Source of the DNA: Alphaproteobacteria bacterium
GTDB lineage: Bacteria; Pseudomonadota; Alphaproteobacteria; RF32; CAG-239
Direction of reading: 5' to 3'
Length of the DNA: 64,000 nucleotides
Assembly (NCBI GenBank): GCA_017471705.1
Contig: JAFUSH010000052.1
Span: 14,869-78,868, forward strand
Below the pieces are notes generated by a model, which did not search any database, was not told where the DNA came from, and saw only the letters and a program-made list of their open reading frames with translations. A program made the position numbers and the translations under genes. Below, piece after piece: positions 58,451 through 64,000 of the stretch. Within the stretch, counting starts at the first letter, position 1; each line of letters starts with the position of its first letter.

Positions 58451-59101
58451 ATGGTAGCGACTTGCAGAACAGAATTAGATATTTTTAATATGGCAGCTTT
58501 AGCACTCGGCGCAAAAAGAAGTATATCAACAAACGATAAAACGAATATAGCCGAAGAAATGCAGGCCGCTTTTAGGTTGGTGAGAGATAACTTAATAAGA
58601 TCTTATAATTGGGATTGCTGCCAAAAAGAGGACACTTTGGCCTTAAAAGAGGTTAAAGATGGGGAACGTCTGGCGTATGTTTATCAAGTGCCAAGTGATT
58701 GCCTGCAAATAATCAGCTTAAATGGAATACAAACCGGTTATTCAGGGGTTGAACGTGTTGAGTTTTATGATCCTCTTTATAAAATCCGTGGCCATAATTT
58801 ATTTACAAAACTAAAAGCACCGTTAAAAGTTGAATATAGCTATCGCAACGAAGATATTACGAGTTATGACGCTTGTTTTTGTAAAGTATTAGCTCTTGAT
58901 TTAGCTATTGCTGTATGCGATAGAGCAACAAACAGCGACAGCAAAAAGGAATCCTTAAAACGTGATCGTCGTGAGGCAATCAATGACGCATTAAGATCTA
59001 ATGCGCTTGAGATACCGGCACGGCCAAAAATTACCGGAAACTGGCTAAAATCAAGACAACGCCAGAATGATCTTTTGTTGGTAAAGAATGCGGAGTTTTA
59101 A
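58451..59101 (+). CDS. tail tubular protein A, second copy
   Basis: Identical to 16320..16970. Confidence 0.7.
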   Translation: MVATCRTELDIFNMAALALGAKRSISTNDKTNIAEEMQAAFRLVRDNLIRSYNWDCCQKEDTLALKEVKDGERLAYVYQVPSDCLQIISLNGIQTGYSGVERVEFYDPLYKIRGHNLFTKLKAPLKVEYSYRNEDITSYDACFCKVLALDLAIAVCDRATNSDSKKESLKRDRREAINDALRSNALEIPARPKITGNWLKSRQRQNDLLLVKNAEF

Positions 59102-59104
59102 GAT

Positions 59105-61387
59105 ATGGTGCAGAAAAGAGTTTTAAGATCTTTCAATGCCGGTGAGGTTAGCCCTGATTTATATGGTCGTGACGATATACCAAAGGTTAACGGCGGTATG
59201 AAAGTATGTGAAAATATGATATTAACAATACAGGGCGCTGCTTATTATCGTGGCGGTATGAAATATGCTCATGCTACAAAAAATAATACCGGCGTTTTGT
59301 TACGTGATTTTAGTTATAATGATAATGACTGCTATACTCTTGAATTTGGTGATCATTATGTGCGTTTTTATCGCAATCAGCAGCTTATGGTTGGTAATGA
59401 TAATCAACCGCTTGAGCTTACGACACCTTATGCTTTGAGCGATTTGTTTGACACGCAAGGCCGTCCGGCTATTTCAAAAGCACAATCAGCAGATTTAATG
59501 TATTTATTTCAAAGTGAGGGAAAATATCCGGTGCAACGTTTGGAACGCAATGCAGATGGCAGTTTTTCACAACAAGAAGTTGACTACGCAGAAGATGGTG
59601 GCTTTGAAGATATTAACATGGATAAAGAAAAACGCGTTTATGCGAGTGCGCAAACTGGCGATAATATAACCATAACGGCCACGCATAGCATTTTCAAAAG
59701 CGGTCATGTGGGTGATATTTTCTATATTGAGCCGATCAATTTTGATGGCATTTATACATGGGCAGAGGGTAAAAGCGTTTCAGCCGGCCAAAGAATTATA
59801 TCAAACTATAAGACATATACGGCAGAGGCCGCCGGCACCACCGGTTATGCAACGCCAAAACATCAAGAGGGAACGGCAACAGATGGCGCTGTGCGCTGGC
59901 GATATGAAGATTGCGGTTATGGAATTGCTAAGATTTTGACAGTTGCGGCAGATGGAAAAAGCTGCACAGCTAAAGTGTTGCTGCCTTTTCCGTATGCTTG
60001 CACCGGATCTGACCGGAATACATGGAAGTGGAAATTTGGCAGTTGGTGTGCCGAATATGGTTATCCGACAACCGGCTGCTTTCATCGTGAACGCCTATGT
60101 TTAGCCAGAAAATCAAGAATGTGGTTTAGTTGGAGTGACGATTTTGAAAGTTTTGCCGAAAAAGACGCCGGACAGATCACAAGTGAGTGCGGTTGGGGGT
60201 TTGGTGTTTCTTCCGGTATTACGGTTGGTAATATTGCATGGATGCAGAGCGGTCGTGATTTATTGCTTGGCACTGATGTTAATGTGGTTGGTGTGGGTGA
60301 AAGCTCAAGCGACGCTCTTTTTTATTCAAGTAACTGCCGCAGCTATGAGCAAACACGTGAGGGTTGCGCCGCTATTCAACCGGTGAGGATCGGCAGCAGG
60401 TTTGTGTTTATGGATATTACCGGCAAAAATATGGACACTTTAGCTTATGACGCAAACACATACCAATACAACAGCGACACAATACAAACATACGCCAAGC
60501 ATATCAATGTTGAGGGCGTTATTGATATTGTGCGGATCCGTGAGCCGTTTGATGTGATTTATTGCCTTAAAAGCAACGGTGAATTAAGCTGCAGCCTTTA
60601 TTCGCCGACACAGGAGGGTTTGGCTTGGTATAGGATTAAAACCGACGGTGATGTGGTTAGTATAAGTAAAGACGGTAATAGTTTGGCCATGTGCGTTTGT
60701 CGCAAGAAAATTATAGACGGCCAAACAGTTAATAGCTATGGTGTTGAGTTTTTACAAAATCCTTTTCAAGGCTTTTTCTCAAAAACAATAGCAGATTTTG
60801 AAAGCCAAAATGACTATCAGCAGTATTGTATTGACAGTCTTTTGGAAGTGCAAAAAGAGGCTTGTTATTTAGACGCTGCAATTATTGTGAGCAGCGACAC
60901 TGCATTTACAGAAGTTAATACAAACTTAGATCACTTGGCCGGCCGCACTGTGAGTATTGTATCAGAGGGCGGTATTGAGCCAAGCCAAGAGGTTAAGCTT
61001 GTAAATGGTCAATGGACAGTGCAGCTTAAATGGCCGTCAAAAATTGCGATTGTAGGTTTGCCATATAAAGGCGTGATTATACCGACAAGCATGGAGGGTG
61101 ACGGCGAAACAAGTGCTCGCGGCCGAATTAAACGTATCAATGCAGTCGGGTTTAGAGTTTGTAACTCAATGGGCGGTATGGCCGGAGATAAGATGGAGAA
61201 CTTAAAGGATATTTTGAGCCGATCCGGTAGAGATAACCTGAACAATCCGATACCATTATTTACCGGTGATGTGCCACTTGCTATGTTTAGCGGCGATTAT
61301 GAGGAGGCAGAGCAACTGATATTTATTCAACCTTATCCGTTACCGTTTATGCTGCAGGCAATCGTTTTTGAGTTTGAAATTTCTTAA
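59105..61387 (+). CDS. tail tubular protein B, second copy
   Basis: Identical to 16974..19256. Confidence 0.8.
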   Translation: MVQKRVLRSFNAGEVSPDLYGRDDIPKVNGGMKVCENMILTIQGAAYYRGGMKYAHATKNNTGVLLRDFSYNDNDCYTLEFGDHYVRFYRNQQLMVGNDNQPLELTTPYALSDLFDTQGRPAISKAQSADLMYLFQSEGKYPVQRLERNADGSFSQQEVDYAEDGGFEDINMDKEKRVYASAQTGDNITITATHSIFKSGHVGDIFYIEPINFDGIYTWAEGKSVSAGQRIISNYKTYTAEAAGTTGYATPKHQEGTATDGAVRWRYEDCGYGIAKILTVAADGKSCTAKVLLPFPYACTGSDRNTWKWKFGSWCAEYGYPTTGCFHRERLCLARKSRMWFSWSDDFESFAEKDAGQITSECGWGFGVSSGITVGNIAWMQSGRDLLLGTDVNVVGVGESSSDALFYSSNCRSYEQTREGCAAIQPVRIGSRFVFMDITGKNMDTLAYDANTYQYNSDTIQTYAKHINVEGVIDIVRIREPFDVIYCLKSNGELSCSLYSPTQEGLAWYRIKTDGDVVSISKDGNSLAMCVCRKKIIDGQTVNSYGVEFLQNPFQGFFSKTIADFESQNDYQQYCIDSLLEVQKEACYLDAAIIVSSDTAFTEVNTNLDHLAGRTVSIVSEGGIEPSQEVKLVNGQWTVQLKWPSKIAIVGLPYKGVIIPTSMEGDGETSARGRIKRINAVGFRVCNSMGGMAGDKMENLKDILSRSGRDNLNNPIPLFTGDVPLAMFSGDYEEAEQLIFIQPYPLPFMLQAIVFEFEIS

Positions 61388-61398
61388 GGAGTAAAAAT

Positions 61399-61989
61399 AT
61401 GGTAGCACCTATTATTGCCGCCGTTGCCGCTAGTGCAGCGCTCGGCGCGATTGGCTCGCTTGCACAAAACAAGAGCCAGATTAAACAGTTAAAGCAACAA
61501 GCTGCGCTCAAAAATCTTGAGGGTGATATTTATGAAAAAAATGCGCACATGCAGGCAGAGGCTGACAGCTACAATGAAAGTGTGGCCAGAAACGAACGCA
61601 ACGAAACGTTGGCGCGCTTGAGGGTAGCACAAGCACAAAGCGGTGTTACCGGTGGCACTTTGCTTGAAATACAAATGCGCAGCGAACAAGAGGCCGAACT
61701 TGATGATATGATGGCTCGTTACAATAATCACACAAAGTATGTGGCCACAATGTATGAGGCTCAAAAATCAAGATCAGAGGCACAGCAACTTTTGGCTAAT
61801 GCTAAGAGCTTAAAGAAAAACAGGTGGTTTAATGCTATTTTGGCAGGCGCAAATAGCGGTATGTCAACGGCAACAAGTCAATATTTATTCAGTAACAGCG
61901 GCAGCACAAACGGTGTGGAAGATATGAGCGGTCAATCGAGCGGTTGGAATCCGTCAATGTCTGCGCCTGCAGCCAAACCGGCAAGATAA
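61399..61989 (+). CDS. internal virion protein (gp14 slot), second copy
   Basis: Identical to 19268..19858. Confidence 0.6.
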   Translation: MVAPIIAAVAASAALGAIGSLAQNKSQIKQLKQQAALKNLEGDIYEKNAHMQAEADSYNESVARNERNETLARLRVAQAQSGVTGGTLLEIQMRSEQEAELDDMMARYNNHTKYVATMYEAQKSRSEAQQLLANAKSLKKNRWFNAILAGANSGMSTATSQYLFSNSGSTNGVEDMSGQSSGWNPSMSAPAAKPAR

Positions 61990-62000
61990 GGAGTATTAAA

Positions 62001-63575
62001 ATGGCTATGAATAACACATATACGCGCCAAGTGCAAGCTGCACCGACAGATCTTAATCCACATCAGAACTATGTGGAAGAGTATGACGCAATGAACGAAT
62101 TGGTGCAAAACGCCGTTGCAACCGGCCAGAATATTATCAATACCTACGCAAAAGCGCGTGATGATAATGAGCGCGAAACAACAAAATTACTTGTTGATGA
62201 ACGCAATGAAAAGCTGAAAAATGCTATGCGTGAGGTGCAGCTCAATCAAGATCCGGCAACATGGGAAGAAAATTACAAGCAGCGTTTTGATGAAATTGAT
62301 GAAGAATACAAAGGCCGAGTGCCGGCTAGATATACCGACGAATACAACCGGTGGAATGAATTAAATGACAGTCGCAACTTGATGGATCTACGCTTTGCTC
62401 AAACGAAAAAAACGCAGGAAATAAACCGCGAATTGTTGTTTGATCGGGTGGAACGTAACGCTAAAAATGCGATTGGCGCTGACGCCGGAACGATGGCCAT
62501 GCTTGACGCTGATACCAAAAACAGCTTAGCCGGTGCCTTAAAGCGCGGCCAGATTAGCCGATTACAATATGACAAAGCTATGCGCAACTATGGTGAAAGC
62601 AAAACATACAACACGCTTTCAGATCGGTTAATCAGAGATCCGGAGGGATTAAAGCTTGACTTGGAAAAAAATGCGTATGGCCTGAACGCTAAAGATTTGA
62701 AGAGTTGGAAGTCAAAAGTTGATCATGAATTGAAGATAAACGACTTAACAAATAAGACGGCTGAAAATAATCAAATTGAGGCGCAGGCTTTGACAGCGAT
62801 GGAAATGATTAAAAATAAGCAGCAGCCGCCACAAACATTGCTTGATCAATTACCGGAAAAGACAAAAGAGGCAATGCAAAAAGTGCAGTTTTATGCCGTT
62901 ACCGGTGATGATGTTCCGACGGACACACAAACATACGGCTTTTTGAATGATATGCGGCAGAATTATCCTGAACGGTTTAAGAACTTGAATTTGTATGATT
63001 ATGCCGGATCTTTAAGCGGTGAGGATTTACAAGCCTTACGCTATGCGCAGCAGTCAATCGTGATCGGTTTGGACGGTAAAGCAAAGGTTAATCCGACAAT
63101 TAGCCATAACGATCAAGTGCTGAAAGTAGCACATAGCAGCTTAGGATTTAAGCAAAACAGTCAAGAAGCTTATGATTTTGACAGGCTTTATGATGGTGAA
63201 GTGCGCGCTATTATCAATGAAAAAGGCCGTATGCCGACACAAACGGAGCAAGATGATATTATCAAGCGCCTGCGCAAGTCGGTGGCCACACGTCGTGACT
63301 GGTGGTTTGACGGTGACAAAGAGGCTCGCACTTTGGAAGAAGATGACAGGCCTTATGTTAAAATGGAAGACATTGCGCCGAACACTAAAGAGGCGATCCT
63401 AAACATTATCAAAAACGATAAAAACTTTAACACGCTGCTCAAGCTTAACGATGAAGAACAAAATCAGATGGTTGAGGAAATGGCCGGCGTTTATGAGCGG
63501 CCGAATGAGCAATGGAATGACGCCACAAGAAACGTCATAAACAGATATTTGGATATTGCAAGCAGGAGAAAATAA
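62001..63575 (+). CDS. internal virion protein (gp15 slot), second copy
   Basis: Identical to 19870..21444. Confidence 0.6.
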   Translation: MAMNNTYTRQVQAAPTDLNPHQNYVEEYDAMNELVQNAVATGQNIINTYAKARDDNERETTKLLVDERNEKLKNAMREVQLNQDPATWEENYKQRFDEIDEEYKGRVPARYTDEYNRWNELNDSRNLMDLRFAQTKKTQEINRELLFDRVERNAKNAIGADAGTMAMLDADTKNSLAGALKRGQISRLQYDKAMRNYGESKTYNTLSDRLIRDPEGLKLDLEKNAYGLNAKDLKSWKSKVDHELKINDLTNKTAENNQIEAQALTAMEMIKNKQQPPQTLLDQLPEKTKEAMQKVQFYAVTGDDVPTDTQTYGFLNDMRQNYPERFKNLNLYDYAGSLSGEDLQALRYAQQSIVIGLDGKAKVNPTISHNDQVLKVAHSSLGFKQNSQEAYDFDRLYDGEVRAIINEKGRMPTQTEQDDIIKRLRKSVATRRDWWFDGDKEARTLEEDDRPYVKMEDIAPNTKEAILNIIKNDKNFNTLLKLNDEEQNQMVEEMAGVYERPNEQWNDATRNVINRYLDIASRRK

Positions 63576-63576
63576 A

Positions 63577-64000
63577 ATGGGTGTATTTGATGAAATTAAA
63601 CAGCAAGAACAGCAGAGCTTGAACACAAGTGATCAAGCTAGTGATCAAGCTGCTGCGCCGGTATTAACGGAGAATGTTTTTGCGCCGGTTGCAACCGATA
63701 GTCAAACTATGAAAGATAATCAAATACAAGTGTTTTCTCGTGATTGGCGTCAACAAAGCGATGATGATATGGAGCAACATATTGCCGCCGGATTTATTAA
63801 GCGTGAAGACGCCGATCCGGTGCGTTGGAAGTCTGCGATTGAAACCGCAAAAGGCTTGGGTTATGACGAAAAAAGCTACGATTTGATTTATGATGACTTG
63901 CCGGAATATCAAAAACAGTGGAAAGAAAAAGAATTGCGCCGTTATTATGATAATTGCGACACAATGAAAAATATGTGTATAACTGATAAAAATTTCTTGA
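63577..64000 (+). CDS. giant polyvalent virion protein, second copy, 5' fragment truncated by the window end
   Basis: Same sequence as 21446..21869. Confidence 0.85.
   Translation, partial: MGVFDEIKQQEQQSLNTSDQASDQAAAPVLTENVFAPVATDSQTMKDNQIQVFSRDWRQQSDDDMEQHIAAGFIKREDADPVRWKSAIETAKGLGYDEKSYDLIYDDLPEYQKQWKEKELRRYYDNCDTMKNMCITDKNFL

Larger units (their letters stand above)
1..64000. mobile_element. Temperate podovirus-like phage genome; ~42.13-kb unit written out ~1.52 times head-to-tail (circular, concatemeric or tandem form)
   Basis: Complete phage gene set (CI/Cro switch, terS/terL, portal, scaffold, capsid, T7-like tubular and internal proteins, fibre, DGR, lysis cassette, integrase plus tRNA). 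No host genes. Sequence period is 42130/42131 bp. Confidence 0.85.
42131..64000. repeat. Copy 2 of the 21.87-kb arc (one extra C in the homopolymer at 44502-44512)
   Basis: Position 42131 onward reads ttcttaaatcggcc..., identical to position 1 onward. ORF translations are identical. Confidence 0.95.

Noticed and set aside
42131-64000. The second arc, considered as an independent second prophage or a segmental duplication within a host chromosome.
   Set aside because: The sequence is continuous and identical apart from 1 nt, with no host DNA between the copies. It simply continues the same circular map.

Overview
The window contains no chromosomal backbone. It is about 1.52 head-to-tail copies of one ~42.13-kb temperate phage genome. 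Bases 1-21869 recur at 42131-64000. The only difference I could find between the copies is a poly-C/G tract of 10 versus 11 residues. No host genes are present and attP looks intact, so this is a circular, concatemeric or tandem form rather than an integrated prophage with flanks. Gene order of one unit: (i) A leftward early operon (4563 down to 41, continuing 42392 down to 40610) encodes small proteins, a dUTPase, a frameshifted Dam-type methyltransferase, a LexA-DNA-binding-domain-only protein, a YkgJ-type Cys-cluster protein, an HNH endonuclease and an ASCH protein. (ii) An immunity cassette holds a CI-like repressor plus a membrane protein (5464-4745), flanked by two operator-controlled lytic promoters, with a Cro-like gene at 5621. 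(iii) A rightward early operon has no recognisable replication enzymes and is followed by a ~580-bp non-coding origin-like region (iterons, C-depleted A-rich tract, two perfect DnaA boxes). (iv) A small regulator gene is followed by a phased TTTACA array, a promoter and tandem terminators. (v) A 26-kb late operon is syntenic with T7 gp8-gp17: terS, terL, portal, scaffold, capsid, tubular proteins A/B, internal virion proteins including a 3516-aa polyvalent giant, and an 893-aa tail fibre. (vi) A diversity-generating retroelement (VR at the fibre C-terminus, TR, reverse transcriptase) has no visible Avd gene. (vii) A lysis cassette encodes a SleB-like hydrolase, a holin and overlapped i-/o-spanins, which points to a diderm host. 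(viii) Three moron-like genes include an NrdD-type stand-alone glycyl-radical domain. (ix) A tyrosine integrase sits next to a complete tRNA-Thr(CGU), which is flanked symmetrically by 53-bp direct repeats (candidate attP arms). The items most worth follow-up are the Avd-less DGR, the hypervariable poly-G methyltransferase switch, the giant polyvalent virion protein, the origin-like region in a genome without replication genes, the antitermination-like late switch and the symmetric attP. All functional calls rest on motif recognition by eye and on synteny. No database search was run.
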